Assembly (NCBI GenBank): GCA_028826165.1
Contig: JAPDFW010000088.1
Coordinates: forward strand, 248,001-312,000
Direction: 5' to 3'
Source of the DNA: Anaeramoeba ignava BMAN
Lineage: Eukaryota > Protista > Anaeramoebae
Length of the DNA: 64,000 nucleotides
Part shown: piece by piece, positions 1-14,400 of the stretch
How positions within the stretch are numbered: position 1 is the first letter of the stretch
How the letters are laid out: the number at the start of each line of letters is the position of its first letter
The notes under the pieces: model-generated
Databases searched by the model: none
Seen by the model: the letters and a program-made list of their open reading frames with translations, nothing else
Told to the model about the DNA's origin: nothing
Made by a program: the position numbers and the translations under genes

Positions 1-444
1 ATTTAATTTATATTTAATTTATATATAATTTATATTTAATTTATAATTTTATATTTATTTATATTTAATTTATATTTAATTTATATTTAATTTGATTTTT
101 AATTTGATTTTTATATTTAATTTATATTTAATTTATATTTAATTCATAAATATTTAATTTATATTTAATTCATAAATATTTAATTTATATTTAATTTATA
201 TTTAATTTTATTTATTTAAATATTTAATTTATATTTAATTTATAAATATTTAATTTTATTTTAATTTATATTTAATTTATATTTAATTTATATTTAATTT
301 ATATTTAATTTATATTTAATTTATATTTTATTTTATATTTAATTTATATTTAATTTATATTTATATTTAATTTATATTTAATTTATATTTATATTTGTAT
401 TTAATTTATATTTAATTTATATTTAATATTCAACTTGCACTAAC

Positions 445-1583
445 CATATCTTGAAGTGTATCTGGAAAATTAATAACACTTTGTCCCATTACTTTCTCGA
501 AAACTTCCAATGGTTGTTGATTTGATTCAATAATTTCTTTAGGAGCTAAATTTATGACATTTTATTAGATAAACATTTTTAATGGAAAAAAATCAAAAAA
601 TAACAAACTCATTTTTGTTTTCAAATAATTAATTATATCAATTGAACCAATTCCTACATATCTAATTGCATCAATAATTTTATCATAATCATATCCTAAT
701 GTCATTACTTTTTGTATTTCTTTTTGTGCATAACCACTAGCTATATCAACATCTGTAAAAAGAGGTTTTTCTTCTTTATTTGGTTTATCTTTTATAATGT
801 GAGTTTTTGAATCATTTTTATTTTGTCCTGAATCTTTATTTGTTTGAGGTAAATCTGGTTCTTCTTTATTTACATCCATTGTATTTTCTTTTTTAATTTC
901 AAATATAATTATAATAATTTTATTTTTAATTTTAATTTTAATTTTAATTTTAATTATTTTAATTTTAATTATAATTTTAATTATAATTTTAATTTTAATT
1001 TTAATTTTAATTTTATTTTTATAAATGAATTTTAATTTTAATTTTAATTTTTGATTTTAATTTTAATTTTAATTTTATTTTTATAAATGAATTTTAATTT
1101 TAATTTTGATTTTAATTTTAATTTTGATTTTGATTTTAATTTTAATTTTAATTTTAATTTTAATTTTGATTTTAATTTTAATTATAATTTTAATTATAAT
1201 TTTAATTTTAATTTTAATTTTAATTTTGATTTTAATTTTAATTTTAATTTTAATTTTAATTTTAATTTTAATTTTAATTTTAATTTAATTTTAATATTAA
1301 TTTTAATTTTAATTTTAATTTTAATTTTAAATTTGATTTTGATTTTGATTTGAATTTTAATATTAATTTTAATTTTAATTTTATTTTTAATTTGTAAATT
1401 GTAAATGAATTTAAACAAACCTCCAAATAAAAAATGAATTACTGCTTCTGGAAAATTTCCAACTTTTCTTATTCCAAATTTTATTTTATCTTCTAAAAAT
1501 CCCATTTCTTTTAATTGTGAAATAGTTTTTTGACATTCTTCACTTTCTAAATTTAAATGACTAAAAGGAAACTCTCCACTCAT
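445..1583 (-). CDS. Tandem UBA-domain protein, 3' part outside window (exons 1583-1421, 887-609, 545-445)
   Basis: Two UBA-like motifs (ISQLKEMGFLEDKIKFGIRKVG...AVIHFL; IQKVMTLGYDYDKIIDAIRYVG...IINYL). GT/AG junctions keep the frame. The donor at 444 opens an AT-satellite intron that runs off the window. Confidence 0.7.
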
Positions 1584-1713
1584 TTAAAAATACTTTTGTT
1601 TTTATAATTAAAGAAAAAGATAAAAAAAAAGGGAAAAATGAAAAATGAAAAATGAAAAAAACGGAAAAAATTTTAAATATTTTTTTTTCATTTTTTTTTC
1701 ATTTTTTTTTAAT

Positions 1714-4700
1714 ATGGAAAAAAAACAAGAAATAAGAAAAAAACAATTTAAACAAAAAATTAATTTTCAAAATCAACAAGAAAAAAGAACAAATTCACTT
1801 GAATCACTTCGTAAAGCAAAAAGAGATTTAATAATTTCAAAAAGAAGAAAAGTTTCAGAAATTAAAAATGGTATTCAATCTAAATTAAAATTAAAATTAC
1901 AATTAAAAATTACAAAATTAAAAATTAAATATAAAATTTAACGAAAAAATAAAATTTAAAGAAAATTTTAATTGGAAAAATGCTCAAATTTCAAAAGAAT
2001 TTTCAAAAATTGAGGTAAGGATTGATTTAAAAAGAATTAATTTAAAAAGAATTTAAAAAGAATTTATAAAGAATTTATAAAGAAATAAATTTAAAAAGAA
2101 TTAATTTATAAAGAATTAATTTAAAAAGAATTTATTTATAAAGAATTTAAAAAGAATTTATTTATAAAGAATTTATAAAGAATTTAAAAAGAATTTAAAA
2201 AGAATTTAAAAAGAATTTATAAAGAATTTAAAAGGAATTTATTTATAAAGAATTTAAAAAGAATTTAAAAAGAATCTAAAAAGAATCTAAAAAGAATTAA
2301 TTTAAAAAGAATTTATAAAGAATTAATTTATAAAAGAATTTATAAAGAATTTATTTAAAAAGAATTTATTTATAAAGAATTTAAAAGAATTAATTTATAA
2401 AAGAATTAATTTATAAAGAATTTAAAAGAAATAAATTTATAAAGAATTTATAAAGAATTTAAAAAGAATTAATTTATAAAGAATTTAAAAAGAAATAAAT
2501 TTATAAAGAATTTATAAAGAATTTAAAAAGAATTAATTTATAAAGAATTTATAAAGAATTTATAAAGAATTTATTTATAAAGAATTTATAAAGAATTTAT
2601 AAAGAATTTATTTATAAAGAATTTATAAAGAATTTATAAAGAATTTATTTATAAAGAATTTATTTATAAAGAATTTATTTATAAGGAATTTATAAAGAAT
2701 CTAAAAGAATTTAAAAAGAATTAATTTAAAAAAGAATTTATAAAGAATTTATAAAGAATTTAAAAAGAATTTAAAAGAATTTATAAAGAATTTATAAAGA
2801 ATTTAAAAAGAATTTATAAAGAATTTATAAAGAATTTAAAAATTTATAAATTTTAAAAGAATTTATTTATAAAGAATTTAAAAGAATTTAAAAAAATTAA
2901 TTTATAAAGAATTTATAAAGAATTAGTTTAAAAAAATTTATTTATAAAAATTTAAAAAGAATTTAAAAAAATTAATTTATAAAGAATTTATAAAGAATTA
3001 GTTTAAAAGAATTTATTTATAAAAATTTAAAAAGAATTTAAAAAGAATTTAAAAAGAATCTAAAAGGAATTTATAAAGAATTTATAAAGAATTTAAAAAG
3101 AATCTAAAAAGAATTTATAAAGAATTAATTTAAAAAGAATTTAAAAAGAATTTATTTAAAAAGAATTTAAAAAGAATTTAAAAGAATTAATTTAAAAGAA
3201 TTTAAAAAGAATTAATTTAAAAAGAATTTATTTAAAAAGAATTTATAAAGAATTAATTTTAAAGAATTTAAAAAGAATTAATTTATAAAGAATTTAAAAA
3301 GAATTTATAAAGGAATTATAAAGGAATTATAAAGAATTTATAAAGAATTTATAAAGAATCTAAAAAGAATTAATTTAAAAAGAATTTATAAGGAATTTAT
3401 AAAGAATTTAAAAAGAATTTATTTAAAAAGAATTTAAAAAGAATTTAAAAAGAATTTAAAAAGAATTTAAAAAGAATTTATAAAGAATTTATAAAGAATT
3501 TAAAAAGAATTTATTTATAAAGAATTTATAAAGAATTTATAAAGAATTTATAAAGAATTTATAAAGAATTTAAAAAGAATTTAAAAGAATTAAATTTAAA
3601 AAAATTGTTTTAAATTGTTTTAAATTGTTTTAAAGAAAGGAAATATAAATACACAAAGAAGATCATTAAGAAAAATGAGGAAAATGCTTTCAACTTCAAC
3701 TCCAAAAACAATTCAAATTTTCCTTTCATTTGGAATAATTGAAATTTTACAAGTATATTTTATTTTATTTATAAAAAGAATTTTTTTAATTTAATTTTTA
3801 TTTAAAAAAAAAATTCAAAATTGAAAAGAAATATATTAATTCAGCAGATTTTGATATTTTACTGGATGTTTTATGGTGTATTACAAGTAAAAAAAAATAT
3901 TCAATTTATTTATAAGATTTATTTCAAAATTTATTTATAAGATTTATTTAAAAATTTATAAAGATATCGCTTCAGGAAATACAGAACAAACTAAAGCAAC
4001 ATTATGTTTTGTTCCTAATTTAATTCTATATTTAGAATCTATGAATTATGTAGAAAATCAAAATCAAAATCAAAATCAAAATCAAAATCAAAATCAAAAT
4101 CAAAATCAAAATCAAAATCAAAATCAAAAAAATTAATATTTATATTTTAAATATTTATTTATAAAAAGAAAATTCAAGAACAATCTTGTTGGGCTCTTAG
4201 TAATATTGCAGCTGAAGAAAGTTTACGCTCAAATCTCATTTCAAATGGAATTCTTCCATCAATAATTCAAATATTACAAAATAATGTAAAAAAATTAAAA
4301 TGAAAAAAAAAAATTTTGTTTTGGAAAATTGATTTTGATCGAAAAAAAAAACCCAAAAATCAACAAATTCAGCAAAATAATTCACTTGCATTTAATGCGG
4401 CATTCACGCTTTCAAATATAAATAGAGGAGATAATCCTCCTGTTGATTTACTATTCAAATATAATATTTCACAAGTTGCAAAAATTCATTTAAATTCAAC
4501 TTCTTCTGGAATTATTACAGAAATATTATGGATGCTAAGTTACCTCACAACAAAGCAGCTTTATTTCCAGCAATTATTTGAATATGAAATTTCTGAGGAT
4601 TTAGTATAAAATTACATTTCAAAAAAAAGAAAAAATTTGATTACAAAAAAAAATAACAAACGCAAAAATTTGGAAATGTTTTTTTTCAAGGTGAAAATAT

Positions 4701-5389
4701 TTGGGATGGGAAAAAGAGAATATGTAATCCCATCTTTGCGTTCGCTCTCAAATATTTGTTGCAGTAATAATACCAGGCATTTGTCATTGTTATTGGGGTA
4801 TAATTCGGATAATCAGATGTCATTACTTGATTCATGTCTGAAATATTTGACTTCAGAAAATTTGGTTGTGAAAAAGGAAACAACATGGCTTGTTTCTAAT
4901 ATTTTATCAGGAACAGACGAGCAAATCCAAAGTGTGATTAGTTTTCAGAATGCTTTTGGAGAAACCATACTTTCAAGTGTTGTGAATAATTTTTTGAATG
5001 ATGGATCAATTGAAATCAAAAGAGAATCTGCTTATGTTTTGATGAATGTTTGGAGTGTTCCAGGTTTTTTTCAGCAGCATTTCAATTCGTTGGAAGAAAT
5101 AGACGCGACTTTTGTGATTCAATCTTTTCTTGGACTTCTTGTTTTGGAAGATGCAAAAATTCATCAATTGGTTCTTTATTTTCTTCAAAATTTAATTGAA
5201 AATTTTCCACAAAGTGTGAATATATTAGCAAGTTTTGAAATATTCAATAATATTCAAAGATATTTGGATGAAAATGATGAAACTGTTTGTTTTCTTGCAA
5301 ATCAGTTATTTAATGAAGATAAATTGAATGAGAATGAAAGAATGAAAGAAATTGATATTGAAATTGATTTAAATTTAAATTTAAATTAA
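1714..5389 (+). CDS. KPNA: Importin subunit alpha (exons 1714-1870, 1962-2014, 3636-3752, 3829-3886, 3964-4049, 4169-4285, 4373-4603, 4691-5389)
   Basis: IBB domain (LRKAKRDLIISKRR) followed by ARM signatures WCITNIASGNTEQT, EQSCWALSNIA, KKETTWLVSNILSGTDEQIQ. All junctions are GT-AG and in frame. Confidence 0.9.
2015..3635 (+). repeat. Intronic minisatellite (AAAGAATTT(A/T)-like units) filling importin-alpha intron 2
   Basis: About 1.6 kb of degenerate aaagaattta(t/a) units between the GTAAGG donor and the TAAAG acceptor. Confidence 0.9.
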
Positions 5390-5496
5390 AAAATAAAAAT
5401 TTTAAATAAATAAAATAAAGGAATATTTTTTGATTTTATAAATATTTTTTAATTTTAAATTTTTAATTTAAATTTTTAAATTTAATTTAATATTTT

Positions 5497-8400
5497 TTAA
5501 TCTTTTTTGCTCATTAATCTTTCAAATTGAACATAAGCTTGATATAAAGAAGGAATAATTTCATCAACAGCTCGAGAGAAAAGATGAGGATTTGGATGGT
5601 ATTGTTTGTTTGGATGGAAATCAAGACAAATTTCATGACGAGTTAAATCACTAATTCGGATAGAATTTTCAGATTCTAATTGAATAAATTTTTTGAGAAT
5701 TCTGTCTGCAGCTTGGGCTGATATCTCTGAGCCTTTTTGCATTGAGAGATAGGAATCAACACTCTCGAAAAATGCGAAAGCGTTTGTCTCATTCTCTGGG
5801 AAATTATCATTTAAAAATTCCTCGAAAATGCCTCTTGACCATTGATCGTGAATAACTTTGTTCAATTTTTCTGGCTTCTTATTTGCTTCAATATTTGTGT
5901 TGCTGTTAATCTGGTTCATCATGATGTTAATGTTTGGGAATGAGTCTTGATGGGTCAGTTCTGAGTTGTCTAAGTCATCAAACGGCTGAGGAGAATGAGT
6001 GAAATCAAAGTCGTCGAAATGTGGAACGGATTTTTCGTCGCTTTCGTCGAATGAGGAGAGGTTTTCTGAGGATATTTCCAGAGAGGAGTCTTCTTGGTCT
6101 GTTGAGATGGGGGATTTTGGTGGGGTAGTTTGTTCCTGAAGAGGGTTTTTAGAAGATATTTTAAAGTTGCGGAAATCTGGAGAAAGATTTTCAATCTCGG
6201 GAATATTTTCATCATTTAAAGAAAGATTATTTTGTTTTAAAGGATCGTTTTCAAGTTTTAATAAATCATTCTCGAATTTCAATAGATCTTTTTCCGATTT
6301 TGATAGATCTTTTTCTAACTTCGTTGAATCCGGTTTCGGTTTTAGAGGGTCTTTTCGTAATTGCATTTTAGGTGATTTTTTGTTGATAACAGAAGGATTC
6401 AAAGAATCTTGATCAAATTCAAGTTCATAACGTTCAAGAGTAGATAAAGGAACAATTTTTTGGAGTCTTGGTTGATTTGGCTGGTTTTGAGTGGATAAAC
6501 GGAATTGATTTAAGGCTTGCTTTTCAATTCTAAGAGAAGGAAGGGATCCAACACGAGGGATTGAGAAGTCAGTTGAATCGAGACTTTTTTGTCTCACGCG
6601 AGTTTTTTCTTTAAGATTTTGAGAAGGAGACACTGGTTTGTAATATTCCGGCGATGAGATAATAGATCCGGAACGAACCAATCGCGATGTGGGGTTCTGG
6701 CCGCGTTGATCCGAGGTGTTTGGATGTATCTCCTGGTGGTGCTGAAAGGCATGCGATGTGGTGCGTGCCGTGTGAGGGGAGTAAAGTATGGGAGAGAATT
6801 CATCGCCTTCTGAAAGTGTCGATGAATCTTGCGAATATACAACAGGAAGAACAGAGTCCAACAACGAGTTGCCCTGGCGGATCAAATCGTGGGAAGTAGG
6901 CTGCAGAGCGAACCAGTAGTTCATTGTGTTTACAACCTGTCCGAAAGACTGAGTAATCTGTTGAACAGTGAAATGCGGAATCGCGGGCGTGTATATCGCG
7001 CTCAACACACTCGGCTCCACATGGGTTGAGTGAGGCGATGTGGGCATAATTCCGAAACCAGGTGTTGATTGTGAGGAAAGGTTGATGTAAAGCTGTAATA
7101 GAGAGAGGGCTTGGGTTTTGAGATCTGATGAAACGTATTGAATTGCAATTTTTGCCACTTCTGAAAAATGATGAAAAATTTGTGTTGCGTTTTTGCTTTC
7201 CAAAAAGCATCTGGTAATAGTAAACACTGGACCAAGAAAGGAAGCGCAATGAGTCTCGGCAATGAGCTGCAGAACATTTGCGGCCTGCTTTGCGTTTTGT
7301 GGGAAAAAAAGCGAGGAAAGTTCGGAACAAATTTGAGAATAGAAAATATCAAGTTGATCCAAAGTGTGATTTTTTTGGTCGAAAAAATCGAGAAGAAGCT
7401 GATTGAGAGACTGAGAGTGCTTGAGATTCTTTGCGAGATCTTTTGCAAAGAGACGGTACGAAGCGTCGATTTGGGGGAGGGTTATTTGTGGGGAGGAGTA
7501 GAATTGAAGCCAAGGAAGAAGAACAAGGATCTGGATCAAGTATCTTGCATCTGAATGGTCAGAAAGGAAGGGGGAACCGAGAGCATCTATGGAGGTGATG
7601 ATTGTGAGGAAGTATTTGCGGGTGCGATTGAACGTGAGTGCTGGGAGAAGAAGAGGGTGCAAACCGGAGAACGGGCTGTCCCAGTTGTAGCAGAACTGAC
7701 GAAATTGCTCGGGATGGAAACAGGATTGTATTGTGTCAGGAGGGTTGCGATGCGAATCTAGACAGCTAAAGATCTCTGGATGAGAAACGAACACGGAGAG
7801 AATCTTTGTGGATTTTTCATAGACCTTCTCAAAGTTGCTAAATTGAAGGAGCGCAACTGCGGTCCAGAAGACATGCGGATATCGAGATAGACACAAGGGG
7901 TTGCTCTGCTCGAGCAGACGAAGAAGACGCAGGAGAGTCTTCAGCAAGGATGTCAAATGCAGAACAAGCTTGGTGTTTGCTGATATTGTTTCTTGCACGT
8001 TCTGTTTGTTTTGTGTTTGACTTGGCTTTTCTCCAAGATCCTCCATTTTGCCTGATACTAAAAAGTTCACAAAATCCATGCTTGACCCTCGAACTCCTGT
8101 TCTTAATTTGCGAGGCCTGAATTGCGACCTCATCCCTTTTCTAGACGAATATCGATTTGCATATTGATCAAAAAGCATCACGTTGCAATATATATTTTGG
8201 ACTAATTTTTGAACTACATATTCGTTAACTGGTTCCTTCACGCTGTTGTATATCTCTAAACTGCACATTGCATATATCGGGTCAATGCAGAAAATCCCCC
8301 ATTTTAGTGCTTCTTTTCCTAGATTTTCTTTTAAATTCGGAAGCGCTTGTTCAAACGCTTCAAGAATTAACCCCACAAGCTCGCTGATTTTCATGTTGTT

Positions 8401-11400
8401 TTGATTCGCTCCTTGTTCTTTTGTTTCACTTGTTTTCGGCTTCTCATCTTTTCTGATCCCAATCTGTGCAAGGCTCGAATCCATTGTGCTATTCACTCCA
8501 TATTTTTCCTTTTTTTCTTTTCTGTTTTCGTTTTTTTCTTGTTTTTGCCACAAGATTTTTCCCGAGAATTGAACAATGTTTTTCAACTTGTCGACTATTT
8601 TCTGCGTCAACTTGAATTTATCTTTTTCGTTTGTTTCTTGGTTTATCTTAAATTCGCTATTTTGGTTTTGTTTTTGTTGGAAATAGTTTGACAGGGAAGT
8701 GATTAAATCAATAAGAAACTTTATAATTTGAACATTTTCTATTTTGTCTTGTGTGATTTCGGAATATCCGAGTTTGATCAAATAGTAGTGGAGCATCAAG
8801 TGGATGTGTGGGAGAAGAGGAGAGATGTTTTCAAGAACAAAGTCGTTGAGGAATAGTAATGAGTAGTTTCTTAGTTCTGATTGTTTTTCTGATGTGTATA
8901 AATCTCTAACTCTGAGATATTGATTTGAAAATTGTTGGAATTGGTCTTTTATATCTTGGAATTGGGGGTTTGATTCCTGGTTTATTTGCATATTTTTTTG
9001 ATTTTTGATATTTTCATCATTTTTTTGATTTTTGATATTTTTTTCATTTTCTTGATTTTTTTCATTTTCTTCATTTTTTTGATTTTTGATATTTTCTTGA
9101 TTTTCTTCATTTTTGATATTTTCTTCATTTTTTTGATTTTTTTCATTTTCTTCATTTTTCATATTTTCATCAGTAAATATCTCATTCTTTAACTTAGACT
9201 CCTTTTCATTTTCTTGTTGATCAAATATCTTGATCCCATTCACTCGATTCCAAAACTCCAATGAAAGTTTATACAACAAAGGAACAGCAACTTCATCAGG
9301 ATTCACAAGATAAAGAGAAACAATAATTTTGCGAATCAAAACAGAAGCCTTTCCTCTTTTACGATATTTCAACACAAAATGAAGTATTCTGTTAAAATTG
9401 TTCTTTTTGGAATCAATTTCTTGATTTTGATTATTCTTGCAAAATTTTGGATCCGATTTGGATCGTGATTCAGGATTAAACGGGGAAATTGAGGCCAAAT
9501 TCAACCAGAGATTGGAAAGATACTCTGGGAAATACTTCTGTTCTTCCATTTCAAAAAGCGTGATTTCAAGGAGAAGACTGAGAAATTTTTTTGAATACAA
9601 TCTCGAATTTTTGGAAGAAGAAATCGAGAAAATTTTGGAATGATCCTCAATGCAAATCTCAGCACTTGTGAGTGTGATGTTGCGTATCCAATCAATAAGA
9701 AGACGATAAAGCCACTTCCTTCTTCTTGGCTCCAAAAACAAAATGGCAGCTCTTTTCTGTTCCAAAATTCTGCTGAAAACCTCATAGAAAATATAGCCTG
9801 TCAACGGCGAACAAAAATTGGCAAATAAACAGTTGATTTGGTTCGCGTTTTTCTTGAGAATAGTGATGTTGTTTGTGTCGATCGATGTCTGGAAACTCGA
9901 CACTTTTCGCTGGAAATCTAAAACAGTTGGTAATTTTAAATCAATCATGGAAATTTTCTTTTCCTGAAGCTTCTTGTTCTTGGATTGCAACTTCTGGATC
10001 TCAAACTTGATCTGGGCAACAAAGACAGGGATCATCCTGACAAGTGAAAGAAGCGCTTTTTGGCGTATTTTTGGGTTCAGATGGTAAAGATTGACAAGCA
10101 AAATAACAAGCAACGAATTGGAGTATCTTCTTGCAATCGGAAATAGATCTGTGATAAAGTGCTGGACACCTCCTTGGGGATAGCTGTTGGGTGCGTCGAT
10201 ATTGTATTCTGAAATATTATTATTATTATTGTTATTATTATTGTTATTGTTATTATTTGTATTTGTGTTTGTATTTGGGATTGAATCAATAAGATCCAAA
10301 TTTCCAAATTGATTCATATTTTTTCCCATCCCAAAACTTGTGCTTGTGGTTGTCATTGAGTCAGTGAATTCTGCGTTAATTGAGTGCGAAATCTCGCTTT
10401 CGTCAGGAGAGGAATCCGAAGACATGAACTCAAACTCGGACAATGTCTGAAGAGTGGATTTATTTGATTTGAATTTTGCTCTTGATTTTGTTTTTGTCAA
10501 AAGTTGTCTTATGGGTTGCTTTTGATTGACAACTTTGGGCTCTTCGTTTGGGTTCTGGACATGGAAATGGGAAAACAAAAGATTGAACAGCTCAAGATTC
10601 TGTGAGAAAGTGGATGTATCTGGGAAAAATTCAATGATAAAATCACAAAGCGGAACAAAAAAATTATTTGATTCCTCTTTTTTGCCCTTATAAGAATACA
10701 GAATATAAAGTCTCAGAAGCTCGCCAAAGTGGAATGCCAGAAGCGTCTTGAGCATTGAGTGACCTTTCCGCTCAGAAACCATGAACCACTCTTTGGTTTC
10801 CTTGTCAATATCGCCTGTAAAAAGCTTTCCTATTTTGAGCATCTTCTCAACTGCAGAATGCGCACTTGTTTGGATTGCAACAATTATTGCGCGTAATTTG
10901 TCTTCTGTTTTTTTTGCTAGTTCAAGTTCTTTGATTTTGCCGGAAATTCGGATTGTTTCTTGATCGAGTATTTGAAAAAGCAGAACGGGCTCATTGCCGC
11001 TGTGTCCCGAGCATGTCTTGAGAAAACGGAAGGTTTGAAGTCGAGATTCCTGGATCCAATACTGATGGATCTCCTGGACAGAGCGGGATTTTTGTGCTGT
11101 TTGGGATTGTATTTTAAGAAGAAGGTTTCCGAAGTTGTTGGCAATTACACAGTAGTTAAGTAAGTGTGATAAAAAGCTTCCCAGATCGTTCTCGTCGTTG
11201 AAGAGAGGCAAAGGTGCAGAGGGTTGTTTTTTCTGAACAGTCGTGTTCTTTGTGATCACTATATTGATCCACTCGCGCAAAAAGCGTTCTTCATCAGAGA
11301 TAAAATTGGTCAAAGTGGAGCACACTTTCTTTTCTTCTAAAACGGCCATATATAAATTTGGGTTTTGTGAGAGCACAACGACAATCGAGGAAATCTGGGC

Positions 11401-14400
11401 ATAAACTTGCATAAGCTCACTTTGTTTATTCTTGTTTGTCAAATTGGGGATTGTTTTGATCCACGCCTTGAGCCGTTTTATCACAGATCGCGCGTTCGAG
11501 ATGTGTGTGCATCCAGTAACAAGCACAACAAACCGTCTTTTGCGCACATCGGAGTCGAGCATGTGCTTCCATAGATCGGGGAGTATTTTCCTTATTTGGT
11601 CTCGCGACTCAACAACCTTTCCCAAATGGACAATTTCCTTGTTTGTGTTTCCTTCGGAAAGAAGCGAAAGCATGTCAACTTTTTCGCGGAAAAATCGAGT
11701 TGAAAATGGCAGGTTTTCCCCGTCAAAAGCTTCGTCTTTCATCTCGTATTGTGGCAATACGGAATTTTCTTGATCGACCCCAATTTTTTCGAAATTTTGT
11801 GACAGTTTTTTTTCGTTAGCTGTCAAATCTGACAACTCTTCTTTTTTCTCTTCGTTTGTTTCATCTTCCTTTTCCTTGATGGAAACCTCCTCACTTTCCT
11901 GGAGGGAGATTGTGTCTGGATTCTTTGTGAGCTTGAACCCTACAAGAGATAGCAGCAGGGCGAACAGAAAGCACAAATGAACGAAAATTGTATCCGGAAT
12001 TTGGGAGACGGAAACAGAGAGGATCGCGCGAATACGGCGATAGATCATAGGTTTGACGAGGGTGATCACAGCAATCCTTTCGTTCTCGATACAGAGCTTC
12101 CCGATCTCCGAGAGCGCGACTGTCCATAGTAAATGGAAAGAGCTATACGCGAGGTTTTTGAGTGTTATACTCGGCAGTATCCCCGCACCGTATTGCTCTG
12201 TGTCTGGCATGAACCCGCAGTTCAGGTAAAGTAGATATGCGCTGCGCACTCTGTCCTCGATATATGTCTGATTGCGGTCGATAAGATCCCAGACAGAAAT
12301 GCAAGTGAGAGGGGAAAATATTTTTTGGATCGCGTGAGATTTTTTGAGAATTGATAAAGAAATCCCTCTTATAATTGCAATAGGATGACACAAGTTGACA
12401 AAAGCGACAGCGTCTGCGTTCTTGAAGATTTCTTCCTGTAAATGCTCGCCATCGGATACTTTCTCTGTGTTTTGTTCTGCTATCAAAAGATTTTCGAAAA
12501 TTCCCAAAAAATTTTCAATATGCATTAAAACTGTCATCAAGGAATGATCGTTTTGGAAATGTGGGTTCACACTGAGCAGCAGAAGATTCTCAAGCACCAG
12601 CAGCCGCACTTGCGGTTTCTCTGCGAATATCCACTGCAAAAAATGCGAGCACAGAGTGGCAAGTTCCTCGTCCGGATGGCACAAATTCTTGAGCAAATTA
12701 CGGACAATTTGCAACTCCTGGTAGCTCTCCTCCAGAACACTCATAACATACGGTAATATCATCACAAGCTCTTTATAAAGATCTCCCCAGAGATGCTGGT
12801 TCTTTTGGTCGTGGAGATTCTTCAGAAAACACTTGCCGTTGTTGCGGAAAATCGACGTAAAATCTCCATTCACAAGCGTTTTCACTGCGAAATTGTCCTT
12901 GCTAATATCCTCTCCAAGAACATCTTTCTTCACAGTCTCCCGCCATTTCTGCACCGTTTCAAAAACTTCTTTCTGGTACATGACATGTCTTTGTTTTTTG
13001 TGCTTGATTTCTTGATAAACATCGTGCCATCTCTGCCAAAGCTCTCTTGTCTTGTTTGCGACAATAAATCGATCTGGATTTGGCGAAGTGAACCACAGAA
13101 TCATCTTGTTCCTCCCGAGCACAGAAACTCCTACGCGCGAGTCGCATTGGATCATGAGCGTTTGGACGATATTTCCAATGTTCTGTTTTAGACCCTCGTA
13201 ATCATTCTCTTCAAATCCCTTTTCTTTATTGAATTGATGCAACTTCGGTGTGCTTAAGATCCGAAAAGAACGGATTGCGCAGAGGTATTGTCCAACTGAA
13301 TTGCTTCTCTTCAGCAAATTTGGGATTGCTTGTTTCCAATAAAGATTAAGAAAACGACTTCCAATTAACCCAAGAAGAATCGACAATTTAACTGGAAAGG
13401 AGTTGAAATCAATTGGTGATTTTTCATTAAAAAGAACGCTCATTATTTTTTTAATTTGCTTCTCTGAATCATCTCCGGCTATTCTTGCTTTACTCAAGCA
13501 TTTTACTTTGTTTTCAGAAAAAATTTTTCAAATGTTTTTTGTTTTCAATTAATTATTTTAATTTTTTACATGAAATGTTTTTTCTAATTTCAAATTTCAT
13601 GTAGAAAAATTTACTTTCTTGTTCAAAAACTTTTTTTTCCAATTTTTGAAGATAAATATTTGGTTTTTTTGCTTTTAGTTTTGCGATCCATGTAAATTTT
13701 TTTTGGAAACAACCACGAAGAAAAATAATAAAAGAGGAAAGGCAATAATCTCTTTTTCTTTCAATTTTTGTTCTTGAAAGAATTTTGGAGTCAAAAAAAG
13801 AAGGAAAGGTATCAGTATAAAAGATTTCAGATGAACGAATAAGAATAGAAGTCATGAGTTTATAGCAAATGGGTTTTAATTGTGCATGTTTCGATGATTT
13901 TGCTATTAATTGATATAAATATTCGACAACTGAAAATAAATGTTGATGTGATCCCGATGAAAAGTCTAATTGTGATATGATGTTGTATAATGCTTTGAGT
14001 TGAACTAATCGATACTGAACTTTTTTGTAACTTTTCATCATTTTGATATGCATTGTTAATGCTTTTGAAATTGTTTCATCATTTACATTCTTAATTTTCA
14101 TTTTAATTTTCATTTTAATTTTCATTTTAATTTTTATTTTCATTTTAATTTTTAAATTCAAATTTATTTACAGTAAATCGAATTTTTTTTATTGATTGAT
14201 AATAAGGAATAATTTGTTCCATTTTAATTTTCTTTTTTGGATCAATTGCACTAAAAAATCTTTTTAAAACTGAATCTAAATGATTAACTGATAATTGGCC
14301 GAGAACATAACTCCAATTTTGACGAATTTTATTTTGGAAGTAATTCCATAAATTTTGGCAAATTTTTCTAATATAAATTTAAATTTATTTTAAATTTTAT

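Noticed and set aside
5970-13191. Short overlapping and antisense ORFs within the Furry exon
   Set aside because: They arise from the higher GC (fewer stops) of this exon and have no recognisable domains.
5497-13497. GC-richer block as a horizontally acquired or viral insert
   Set aside because: It is in frame with AT-rich upstream exons of a eukaryote-specific Furry gene, and the GC changes gradually with no junction or terminal repeats.
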